Shown here: positions 53,841-62,727 of the stretch, one piece after another | Numbering within the stretch: the stretch's first letter is position 1 | Layout: every line of letters begins with the position of its first letter | Assembly: GCA_918262735.1 (NCBI GenBank) | Contig: CAKJYJ010000002.1 | Location: 57,226-121,225 of the forward strand | Reading direction: 5' to 3' | Length of the DNA stretch: 64,000 nt | Source of the DNA: Clostridiales bacterium | GTDB lineage: Bacteria; Bacillota; Clostridia; Christensenellales; UBA1242 | Translations under genes and position numbers: made by a program | The notes under the pieces: generated by a model | What the model saw: the letters and a program-made list of their open reading frames with translations, nothing else | The model's database searches: none | What the model was told of the DNA's origin: nothing

Positions 53841-54503
53841 TTATGCATCCACCAGTTCTTTTATTATTTCATCAAAAGCTTCCTTAAACTTATTTCCATA
53901 TTGCGATCCAAGAACTTTAACATTTGAGACATCAAAAAGGATATATGTATCTGTTATTTCATCAATGTACAATAATTCATCAATATAAGCCTTAAATAGA
54001 GTTTCTCCAAAACGCAATTTGAGTTTAGCAAGAAGGTGAGTGAGAAGATTATTTTTATCTAGATCTTTCACGCGCGCGTTATCATGTATTATTTTAATTT
54101 TTTTAATATCATAATAATCTATTGTCAGCAGTCCGTTACCTTCATCGTGGAAGCCAATTTCCGATAAGTTGAAACGAGTCGGCAATGTAAATCCGTAAAC
54201 AGCATTAAAATCTATTTCTAGATACATTTCGCGTTTAAGTTCAGACAGTCTGTTCATGATGCCAATTTTTTCAAGTCTTGTTATCATGTTTCTTATTTGC
54301 CTTTCCTTAATGTTTAATATTGGCAGATCCTCCATAATCTTCTTGTAGGTTATTTTGTAATACCACTTTTCATCAATTCGTTTGCTTCTCATGTGGCCAC
54401 TTCCAGCAAATTGCTCAAGGTAGTCAAGAAATAGGATTTCTTTTAGATTTAATCCCAGTCTAAGTAATGTTACTTGTGGGAAATTAAAGATTTTTGGTCG
54501 CAT
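53841..54503 (-). CDS. Winged-helix replication-initiator-like protein with DnaA-N-like C-terminus
   Basis: N-terminal FPQ..L..LGL....LFLDY...M.....D.K.YY.I.Y..I.EDLPIL like clostridial phage replication proteins; C-terminus resembles DnaA domain I; SD AAGGAG. Confidence 0.6.
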   Translation of the reverse strand: MRPKIFNFPQVTLLRLGLNLKEILFLDYLEQFAGSGHMRSKRIDEKWYYKITYKKIMEDLPILNIKERQIRNMITRLEKIGIMNRLSELKREMYLEIDFNAVYGFTLPTRFNLSEIGFHDEGNGLLTIDYYDIKKIKIIHDNARVKDLDKNNLLTHLLAKLKLRFGETLFKAYIDELLYIDEITDTYILFDVSNVKVLGSQYGNKFKEAFDEIIKELVDA

Positions 54504-54664
54504 AGATCACATGCTCCTTTTGTAGGTTTTTAATTCTCATTTTTTATCTCCTTTATTTAGATTTTTTGCTTCCACAAAGATTGATCAGTTCTTTGTTTTG
54601 GCATATATTTTAACGAAGTCTGCAGTCCTTCGGTAAAACCAAGTTTGGTTATTTACATTTTCAT

Positions 54665-55320
54665 TCTAGCAATCCCGTTAGTTCACCATTTGACCTCACG
54701 GGAATTATTTTTAAGAAAATTTTAATAGTCCCGTGTTAGCACCATTTGACTACACGGCAAAAATTTTTTAATTTTTTCCATTTCAATCTCCTTATATTTG
54801 ACTCCATTTTACAATTCCCGTTATTTCACCATTTGGAATAGCGGTTATTTTTATCTGAGCTTTTTTATATTAACAACCTCAATGTAAATCCATTTTTGAC
54901 ATTGAATTGTTTTATGCCAATATTTTAGCAAGTCCGATGTATCACCATTTGATATATCGGGATTTATTTTTCAAAAATATTTTAACTTTTTCGATATGAC
55001 AACATTTGTCGCATCGGGATAACTTTCTAAACATTTTTTCACTCCTTTTATTTGATTTTAACAGTGTCAAAGGATCACCATTTGAATCCTTGAGATAAAT
55101 TCTGCCTACATTTTAGCAATCCCGTATTGACACCATCTGTCAACACGGAAAATATTTTTTCTTGTTTTATTTTAAAATCTCCGTTGTAAACACATCTTTG
55201 ACAGCGGGAAATATTTTTCTTAATTTTAGCAATTAAGGTGTGCCACCATTTGGCACAGCTAAAAATATTTTCACATGTAATTTATCATCTCCGTATCACT
55301 ACCGTTTGGTGACACGGGAA
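54665..55320. repeat. Array of 11 palindromic 27-bp units with conserved CCATT core
   Basis: Units start at 54675, 54731, 54818, 54879, 54934, 54991, 55067, 55122, 55181, 55235, 55291; 11-bp arms plus 5-bp core. Confidence 0.9.
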
Positions 55321-55376
55321 TAAAAAAAGAGATATTTGTTGTAAATATCTCTAAAAATTTATTGATTTTATATACA

Positions 55377-55589
55377 AGGTGGCAAACGTGGCAAAGGTAG
55401 CACCAATCACTACCATTGACAAATAACACTATATAAGCTTTTACCTTTTGGTATTTTTGCGACTTTTTGAGGGTGCCACCTGGTGCCACTTTGAATTACT
55501 AAGGTGGCACCATAGTTAATATTAATAAATTCCTTTATTTATAAGGATTCCTGTCATTGCGGTGCCACTTGTGCCACCTTTGCTACCTT
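55377..55589. repeat. Iteron-like GTRGCA repeats in inverted arrangement (putative replication origin)
   Basis: GTRGCA at 55379, 55388, 55397, 55504; TGCYAC at 55474, 55484, 55563, 55572, 55581. Confidence 0.7.
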
Positions 55590-55752
55590 ATATCTATATT
55601 TCAATATTTATTATTTATTTTTTGGAGTATTGGAGCTTTTGGAGTATACGTTTATACTCTCGTGTGAGCAAAAAAATAATTTCTTTTTTATTTTTTTCTA
55701 TAAAGGTGGGTATGTTTTTCTGAAATTTGCTCCAAAACTCCAGAACGGCAAT

Positions 55753-55781
55753 AAAAAGAACGGCAGATTAGTCCGTTCTTT
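55753..55781 (-). terminator. Intrinsic terminator after hsdR
   Basis: aaagaacgg / ccgttcttt stem with T-run on minus strand. Confidence 0.7.
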
Positions 55782-55785
55782 GATA

Positions 55786-58700
55786 TTATATTTCACCTTC
55801 AATAATATATTTTCTTAATAACTTATCAGATAAAATTTTTACTTGTCTTAAAGTGTAGGTAGTATTATGATTACTTTCAAAATATTCTTTTGCTTTGTTT
55901 ATATCTAATGATTCAAGTAAATCATTATATCTTCCATAGGCATCTATATTGGTTTCATTTAAATTTAAATTCAACAATTCTCTTAGTTTTGATTCGTCTA
56001 TACCTAATCCTACAGAAATTTGTTTAATTTGGTCATTATGTGCATTACATAAATATTCTGTAATAAATTCTCTAAATGTTTTTCCTTTTTTTATTTCTAT
56101 AGCTCCAGACTCTAAATCATGCAAAAACAATTTTGCATATTTTTGTTCATCTTGAGACAATCCTGCAAATGATCTATGTAATTCTTCCAATGCTTTCTCT
56201 TTTGATTCTTTGTCTCCTATTGTTAGATTTTTCAAATAAAGAGTAAACATCGAATTCATGTAATCATCATCAATCGAATCTGTCTGAATTTCTGTTATAT
56301 GAGCATCTATATCAAAAGGGACTTCAGCTGGGCTAGAGCCTCGTCCAAACAATTCTTTGTATCTTTGAACAAGTATTAAGTATGTTTTCTCATCAATGTT
56401 GACATCAATAATTTTAGGTTTTCCTTTTTCTTGAGGGAATTCATATTTTAAAACTTTCCAATAAAAACCTTGTATTTTTGCAGAATCTAGATAATTATTA
56501 AATTCACAGAAGAGTTTGGCAAATTTTTGTTTCCAGGCCATATCATCAGCATTTTTCTCAAAGTTTAATATTCCAACAGATACAAATAAATGTTTTATTT
56601 CTTCAAATTTAACATTCATTTGTTCTAAGTTTTTGTCTAGCTTATCTACAAATATCCCAAAAGGTCTATTACCAGAATAATCATTTACCGCTTGTTTTAG
56701 ATTGTTATCCATTAAGTGTGGATATCTATACCAAATAACAGTACCATGAGGCTTTTCTGGTCCGTATAATCTATTTGTTCTTGATATTGCTTGAATAAAG
56801 TTTTTGCCTTGTAAACGCTTATCCAAATATAAAGTATTAATCCATTTGGAATCAAAACCTGTAAGCAACTGATCAACTACTATAACCAAGTCGATTTTAT
56901 CTTTTTCTTGAATATTTAAATATGGTTTTTTATGTGCTAATCTAGCGCAAACATCTTTTTTGAAGTAAGCATATCGACCTATATCATATGCAGTCCCAAA
57001 CATGTTTTTATAGTCTGTTAGAATGTTCGTTATACCGTGCATTTTGGATAAAGATTGTTGAGTATTTGTGTCACTAGGATCAAAAATTGCTGTAAATTTT
57101 AAGCTAAGATGATTTTTTTGAATTTCATCTTTAAATATATTGTAATAGTCGATTGCTTCAGGTATAGAACTTGTTGCAAATATAGCATGAAATGTAGAAT
57201 TGACACTTCTTACAGGCCAATTTTTAAGGATATCAGAAACTACAGCATTTTTGTGGGCTTCAGTTTCATATTGAACTTTTGGTATAAGTGATTCTATTTC
57301 TGTCATAGGGCATTTTTGTGAGCCTTTATTCATGTAATATAAAAAGATTTCTCTTTTTGCAGGATCGCTCATTGCCTCAACTGGAGTTGATGATTTTGAT
57401 TTTTCTAATGCAACTTTTTCACGAAGGTCATTATCTGCAAAAGTACAAACCATATATGGGTCAAAACCTAACACATTTTTATCTCTTATGCCATGTACAA
57501 TTGTATATCTGTGAAGCTCATCTCCAAAGATATCCACGGTTTCATCATGATCTGGCGTGCCAGTAAAACCGAAATAAATAGCATTTGGGAATGTTCTTTT
57601 TATATCTTGATGCATTAAACCACTTTGATCACGATGACATTCATCAATAATAAAAACAAGTTTTTTAGATTGTATTTTTTCTAAATCTTTTGTTTTTACA
57701 TTGCCTTCATCTTTGATTCTACTCATTTTTTGAATAGATGTAACGATCAAAGAATCATCAGCAGAGTCACTCTTTAATTTAGATATCAAAACTTGAGTAT
57801 CTTCAGTCGCTTGCACTGATTCAGATGGGTCAGCGAAGTTTCTGTAATTAATCAAAGATTGATCTCCAAGTTCAATTCTATCAATTAAGAAGATAACTTT
57901 ATCAGCATCTTTTGAATTAGATATAAGCTGTGCCGCTTTGAACGATGTCATAGTTTTACCCGATCCAGTTGTATGCCAAATATATCCACCATGTTGTTCT
58001 TTTTTAGTCCAATTTGTTCGTGCAACTTTATCAGATATTGCTGATGCCGCAAAATACTGGTAGCTCCTCATAACCTTTAGTATACCATCAGAGTCATCTG
58101 GGATAGTGTAGAAACCAACCATTTCATGCGCCATTGGAATTGACAAGAGTTTTGTTGTAAATGTTTTCCAATCATATATTATTTCATTGTTATAATCTTC
58201 CCAATGGAAGTAATAACTAGGATTGAATTTGCCATCTGGTCCAGGGTTAGCGAAATATACAGCATCCTCTGGATTCATAGCAACAAAAATTTGAACTAAT
58301 GAGAATATGCCAGTAAACACCCCATTTTGCATATACTTTTCAATTTGTGTCTCCGCATGAGTGATAGGTACGCTTGATTTCTTTAATTCAATATGAAACA
58401 AAGGCATACCGTTTATAAGCAACATTACATCTCCACGTCTTGCAGGATATACTGAATTATTGGTTTTAAATTTAGGTTGTCTTACTATTTGATATCTGCT
58501 TTTTCCACCAGCGATTTCCATCCTATCATAAATCTTTAAACTAACATTTTTATTAAAATGCAATTTATCAGCAGGGTTGTCTCTAATGATAGATACAGTT
58601 TTGCCATTAATAAAATTATTCAAAGCCAATGGCGTTTTAAGAGTATTAACTTGTGTTAAAATTTGATGCATTTCACCATTTGTAAGGGGACAACCATTTA

Positions 58701-58860
58701 GTTTGTCCTTCTCTTTATTATTTTCATATAAAATGTTTGCCCAGTTTTTTATCAATTCTTCTTCTGTAGGGTAATTGATTACTTCTGGTTCCCATCCACA
58801 ACTACTATATAATAAATTTACTAATGCATTTTCAAATTTTAATTCATCATCAAATGGCAT
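55786..58860 (-). CDS. hsdR: Type I restriction endonuclease subunit R
   Basis: D..LLING.PL..IELK nuclease motif, HTTGSGKT, DECH, FTGTP, LLTGFD, QAISRTNR. Confidence 0.96.
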   Translation of the reverse strand: MPFDDELKFENALVNLLYSSCGWEPEVINYPTEEELIKNWANILYENNKEKDKLNGCPLTNGEMHQILTQVNTLKTPLALNNFINGKTVSIIRDNPADKLHFNKNVSLKIYDRMEIAGGKSRYQIVRQPKFKTNNSVYPARRGDVMLLINGMPLFHIELKKSSVPITHAETQIEKYMQNGVFTGIFSLVQIFVAMNPEDAVYFANPGPDGKFNPSYYFHWEDYNNEIIYDWKTFTTKLLSIPMAHEMVGFYTIPDDSDGILKVMRSYQYFAASAISDKVARTNWTKKEQHGGYIWHTTGSGKTMTSFKAAQLISNSKDADKVIFLIDRIELGDQSLINYRNFADPSESVQATEDTQVLISKLKSDSADDSLIVTSIQKMSRIKDEGNVKTKDLEKIQSKKLVFIIDECHRDQSGLMHQDIKRTFPNAIYFGFTGTPDHDETVDIFGDELHRYTIVHGIRDKNVLGFDPYMVCTFADNDLREKVALEKSKSSTPVEAMSDPAKREIFLYYMNKGSQKCPMTEIESLIPKVQYETEAHKNAVVSDILKNWPVRSVNSTFHAIFATSSIPEAIDYYNIFKDEIQKNHLSLKFTAIFDPSDTNTQQSLSKMHGITNILTDYKNMFGTAYDIGRYAYFKKDVCARLAHKKPYLNIQEKDKIDLVIVVDQLLTGFDSKWINTLYLDKRLQGKNFIQAISRTNRLYGPEKPHGTVIWYRYPHLMDNNLKQAVNDYSGNRPFGIFVDKLDKNLEQMNVKFEEIKHLFVSVGILNFEKNADDMAWKQKFAKLFCEFNNYLDSAKIQGFYWKVLKYEFPQEKGKPKIIDVNIDEKTYLILVQRYKELFGRGSSPAEVPFDIDAHITEIQTDSIDDDYMNSMFTLYLKNLTIGDKESKEKALEELHRSFAGLSQDEQKYAKLFLHDLESGAIEIKKGKTFREFITEYLCNAHNDQIKQISVGLGIDESKLRELLNLNLNETNIDAYGRYNDLLESLDINKAKEYFESNHNTTYTLRQVKILSDKLLRKYIIEGEI

Positions 58861-58868
58861 ATTTCCTC

Positions 58869-60128
58869 CTATGCGAACATTTTGTTTAATAAAGTAGATT
58901 TCAAATGTTCTAAATTCACAATTTCGTTTTCCAAATTATTAATATTTTTATTCAGTGTTTCAAAAAATTCTACTATCTTTTTTTGTTCCTTGTTATTAGG
59001 ATATCTTACTAAAGTCTTACATAGAGAATCATAATTAAAACCAGTGACTTTTGTGCCTTGCATAAATGGGATAAGTTGATCATGGAATTGTGATGTATTA
59101 AAACAAATTCCTAAAAAGCCAATTTCAAAATATTTTAGTGGTCTACTTGCAAACGTATGTAACCCTGCGAAAGTTGGGGTGTTATTATTGTTTATAATTT
59201 CTATCGCTTTGCCAGCCGTAGTATCTTCTGCAGTGTCCGCAAAAACAACATCTCCTGACTTTAAAATGTTAACTTTATCACTAGTTGATATTTTTACTTC
59301 TTGATTAATAAATGGAACCTGTTTATGATTAACATCTACAGTAAAACCAAATTTTATCAATATATCTCCATAGTGAATGCTTTTTGATGTGCCACTTTTG
59401 TAGTTCAATAAATCTCTGGAATATGAATTGTTGTTTATTTTTTCAAAAATATTACCATAGATTTCTTCGTTCCAATTATCATTAAATCCATTAAATCTAA
59501 TTTCTGGCACCTTAGAGTTTCCAAGTGGGAACATTTTTGAAAGCATTGTTTGTTTAAATTGTTTTGTTTTTTCTAGTTCTTTTTTCTTTTCTTCCAATAA
59601 TGAATCTACATTACTTAAAAATTCAGCAATTTGTTTTTGTTCGGTTTCTTCATGAAAAAGAAATGTTAAATTTTCACAAGATTCCTTATTTAAACCAGCT
59701 TGAGCTCCTCCCGCTTGGAATTTTAGTATTTTATTTTTGTTTTTTTGGAATAAATAATAAATATATTTTGCGCTATATGTGTATGGTTCAAACGCCATTA
59801 CAGATTGATTTGCACAAGCTGAGAACGGTAAATAACCAGACTTTCCACAAGTAGCTCCTGTTATTGCTAATAAAGCAGAATCAGGTTTAATCATTTTTGC
59901 AGAGCTGTTGAGTAAACCTTTATTAGTTATTTTTGTTTTTACATTTTTCTCATCAATAACACAATCTTGCACAAGCCCAGATGGAATCCAGTTAATGTGA
60001 CCATTCCAATATGATTTATTTTCGGTTGAAGGGGTGCCTCCAGCAAAAATATTACAGACATCTTTCATTATTTTTTTAGATAAAACATTATTATAAGATT
60101 TAAGCTTTAAAGAAATTTCATTACTCAT
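58869..60128 (-). CDS. hsdS: Type I R-M specificity subunit S
   Basis: Two TRDs with conserved EQKQIAEF/EQKKIVEF...KMF regions and central PEIRF. Confidence 0.93.
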   Translation of the reverse strand: MSNEISLKLKSYNNVLSKKIMKDVCNIFAGGTPSTENKSYWNGHINWIPSGLVQDCVIDEKNVKTKITNKGLLNSSAKMIKPDSALLAITGATCGKSGYLPFSACANQSVMAFEPYTYSAKYIYYLFQKNKNKILKFQAGGAQAGLNKESCENLTFLFHEETEQKQIAEFLSNVDSLLEEKKKELEKTKQFKQTMLSKMFPLGNSKVPEIRFNGFNDNWNEEIYGNIFEKINNNSYSRDLLNYKSGTSKSIHYGDILIKFGFTVDVNHKQVPFINQEVKISTSDKVNILKSGDVVFADTAEDTTAGKAIEIINNNNTPTFAGLHTFASRPLKYFEIGFLGICFNTSQFHDQLIPFMQGTKVTGFNYDSLCKTLVRYPNNKEQKKIVEFFETLNKNINNLENEIVNLEHLKSTLLNKMFA

Positions 60129-62715
60129 CTTCGTTTCCTCCGATGATATTTTTGAATTCTGCAAGACCTCTCATATCAAATTCATTTCCAGTTAGTTCAT
60201 TAATCATTGATCTCAAAGATTTTTTAGAGTTTTCAATGTTGTCTGAAATCTCTTTGTAGGTTGTTTCATATTTTTCTTTGAGATGTTGTATTTTTGCTTC
60301 CAACAAATCAATAACTTCAGTTGTTAAATTTTTAAGCTGTTTATCAAAAGGTTTAATCCATTTTTCTTCAAGCAACATTAAAGCTTCATCATCAGAAAGA
60401 TTTTCAATTTTATCTTTAGTTAAAGTTTCTAATCTTGTTTTCAATTCTTTAACATCTTTCTTTATTATTTTTATTCTTTCAGCTGATTCATTAACTTTAA
60501 TAATTATATCTTCATAAGATTCTTCTTCAAATTCTGCACCTAGTTTTAATTGTTTTTTTATTTTTGAAATCTCTGCATTTAATTTTTTAGAAACAATATC
60601 TCCATCATCATCAACAAGTTGAGATTTGTCGTTAGGATCAATTGAATCAAGTAATTCATTCTTAGTAGCTTCCAAACTTGATAGTTCATTAGTTAAACTA
60701 TCAAGATTATCTTTTTCTTCTTTATAATAAACTGTTTGAACCAAATCAAAAGGAAGAATATGTCCAATCCATCCTTGTTGAACTTCATAAACTTCTTTTG
60801 TTTTACTATTTTTCTTGGTTACCATATTAGGATCAACTTTTTTTATTGCAGAATCTCCTTCGTTTTGTATAAGTTCGAGATCCAAGTATATTTTAGTCCA
60901 GTTATTATCTAATATTTGATATGCATCAAAATAATCAACGAGCTCTATATCTTGTAGGTTTTCTTTAATTTTTGAAGCAATTGTGCTTTCTTGCTTTTGA
61001 ATAATAACACTGTTTCTATTTTTTATTATTTCATTTTTTAAATAATTAGGAAATTGTGCAAAAGAATTATTAAATTTGTCAACAAATCTTTTTACATCTA
61101 CGTTATTACTAATAGTGTCATTGATATCAATATCTTTTACATCTGAATAAGGAATATCTTTTTCTTTGAATATTTCATTTCTTAATGTTGGGAATGCATT
61201 CCAGTACTTTTTTAATTCATCAATTTCTGAATTTGGAATTCCTCCAAACATAGTAGCATAGATATCCCACAATTCTTGTTTATCGCTTGAATCTACATAA
61301 CGTGGTATATTTAAGTTGTATTCATTTTTAACAATTTCATCTTTGCTAACTAGTCTTGAATATTTTGCTACAGAGTCTTTTCTTTCTATTACTGTATCAA
61401 CTATTTTTCGTATATCTTTGGCTTGTAGTTTATTCTTATTTCCATCTTTTATGTAACCTTTAGAAGCATCAACAAACAAAACATCACTTGATTGTCTGTT
61501 TTTCTTTAAAACTAGTATTATTGTTGGTATGCCCGTGCCAAAGAAAATATTTGCCGGAAGACCAATGATTGTTTCAATGTTATTATTTTCAATGAGTTTT
61601 TCTCTTATTTTAGCCTCATCTCCACCTCTGAATAATACACCATGTGGCATGACTATTGTCATTATTCCATCAGGTTTTAAATGGTAAAGGTTGTGTAATA
61701 AGAAAGCTAAATCCGCTTTTGATTTTGGTGCCACACCATAATCTTTGAATCTAACATCATTATCTGCATCAGAATTTTCCCAACTTTGAGAATAAGGTGG
61801 GTTAGAACAACAACCATCTACAAAAACAGGATCGTATGTTCTTTCTTTATCGTTATCATCAAAGAAAGGCCAATCATCACCTAATGTATCTCCATTCCTA
61901 ACAATTATATTTGCAGGAATAATATCTCTCATTACTAAGTTCATTCTTGTTAGGTTATAAGTATTTTCAATAAGTTCTTGAGCATAGTATTTAACTTTAT
62001 TTGCTCTACTCATATATTTTGATAGTGATTTACCAATATTTATAAGCAAAGAACCTGATCCTGAAGTTGGATCATATATACTAATTTCATTTCTTCCTTT
62101 TAAATGATTAGCTATAATCTCACTCATTACCATAGATGCTTCATGAGGAGTATAGAATTCACCAGCTTTTCCAGCATTCGCCGCAAAGTTTTTTAATAGG
62201 AATTCATAAACAAACCCTAACACATCATAATTTTGGCTACCATCCATTGGAATTTGGTTTATAAGTTCTATCAACTTTCTAACATTTTTAGTCCTATCCG
62301 AATCCATTGTTCCTAAAGAAGGAATTCCTGCATCTAAAGTGTCAAAAATACCAGAATAAACTTTTTTGTAACTTTGCCCTATAAGTCTTTTAAATGCACT
62401 TAGGGCAGTTGTAACATCTGCTATTTCAAAGTCTTTGCCTTTGTTTATCCAATATGAAAAAAGATGTTTATATTCAATAAAGTATCCAATATTTTTTTGA
62501 CAATTTTCCACTGTATCTGTATCATCTTCTGTTAAATTAACTAAGTCAGCATTTTCAAAATACAACTTTTCTTTTAAATACTTTTCTTCCTTTTCAGATA
62601 TGTATTTATAGAATATCAAACCTAGCATATAGTCTTTATAATTACTTGCTGAAACCTTACCACGAAGTTCATTTGCCGCCGCCCAAATTTTAGAAGCTAA
62701 TTGTTGCTTATTCAT
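60121..62715 (-). CDS. hsdM: Type I R-M methyltransferase subunit M (long form)
   Basis: IW..ANELRG, GEFYTP, YDPTSGSG, NPPY, PHGVLFRG, YNLNIPRY; long helical C-terminal extension. Confidence 0.96.
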   Translation of the reverse strand: MNKQQLASKIWAAANELRGKVSASNYKDYMLGLIFYKYISEKEEKYLKEKLYFENADLVNLTEDDTDTVENCQKNIGYFIEYKHLFSYWINKGKDFEIADVTTALSAFKRLIGQSYKKVYSGIFDTLDAGIPSLGTMDSDRTKNVRKLIELINQIPMDGSQNYDVLGFVYEFLLKNFAANAGKAGEFYTPHEASMVMSEIIANHLKGRNEISIYDPTSGSGSLLINIGKSLSKYMSRANKVKYYAQELIENTYNLTRMNLVMRDIIPANIIVRNGDTLGDDWPFFDDNDKERTYDPVFVDGCCSNPPYSQSWENSDADNDVRFKDYGVAPKSKADLAFLLHNLYHLKPDGIMTIVMPHGVLFRGGDEAKIREKLIENNNIETIIGLPANIFFGTGIPTIILVLKKNRQSSDVLFVDASKGYIKDGNKNKLQAKDIRKIVDTVIERKDSVAKYSRLVSKDEIVKNEYNLNIPRYVDSSDKQELWDIYATMFGGIPNSEIDELKKYWNAFPTLRNEIFKEKDIPYSDVKDIDINDTISNNVDVKRFVDKFNNSFAQFPNYLKNEIIKNRNSVIIQKQESTIASKIKENLQDIELVDYFDAYQILDNNWTKIYLDLELIQNEGDSAIKKVDPNMVTKKNSKTKEVYEVQQGWIGHILPFDLVQTVYYKEEKDNLDSLTNELSSLEATKNELLDSIDPNDKSQLVDDDGDIVSKKLNAEISKIKKQLKLGAEFEEESYEDIIIKVNESAERIKIIKKDVKELKTRLETLTKDKIENLSDDEALMLLEEKWIKPFDKQLKNLTTEVIDLLEAKIQHLKEKYETTYKEISDNIENSKKSLRSMINELTGNEFDMRGLAEFKNIIGGNEDE

Positions 62716-62727
62716 TATTTTTCTCCT

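Noticed and set aside
54665-55320. CRISPR array interpretation of the repeat region
   Set aside because: No identical direct repeats, the variable parts are self-complementary arms, linkers are semi-conserved and AT-rich, and no cas genes are in the window
54665-55320. ANTAR-, CsrB-, ToxI- or TIGR-type RNA assignment
   Set aside because: Loop is 5 nt (AAUGG/CCAUU), not an ANTAR hexaloop with a short linker; no GGA loops, no near-identical repeats next to a ToxN-like gene, no box C/D motifs
55271-55489. 72-aa ORF, and the 62-aa ORF at 55630-55818
   Set aside because: They run through iteron and palindrome repeats with no SD or recognisable motif; likely spurious
60121-61290. Long HsdM C-terminal extension as a novel fusion
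   Set aside because: Long-form HsdM proteins of this size are familiar in Firmicutes and no catalytic motif is visible in the extension
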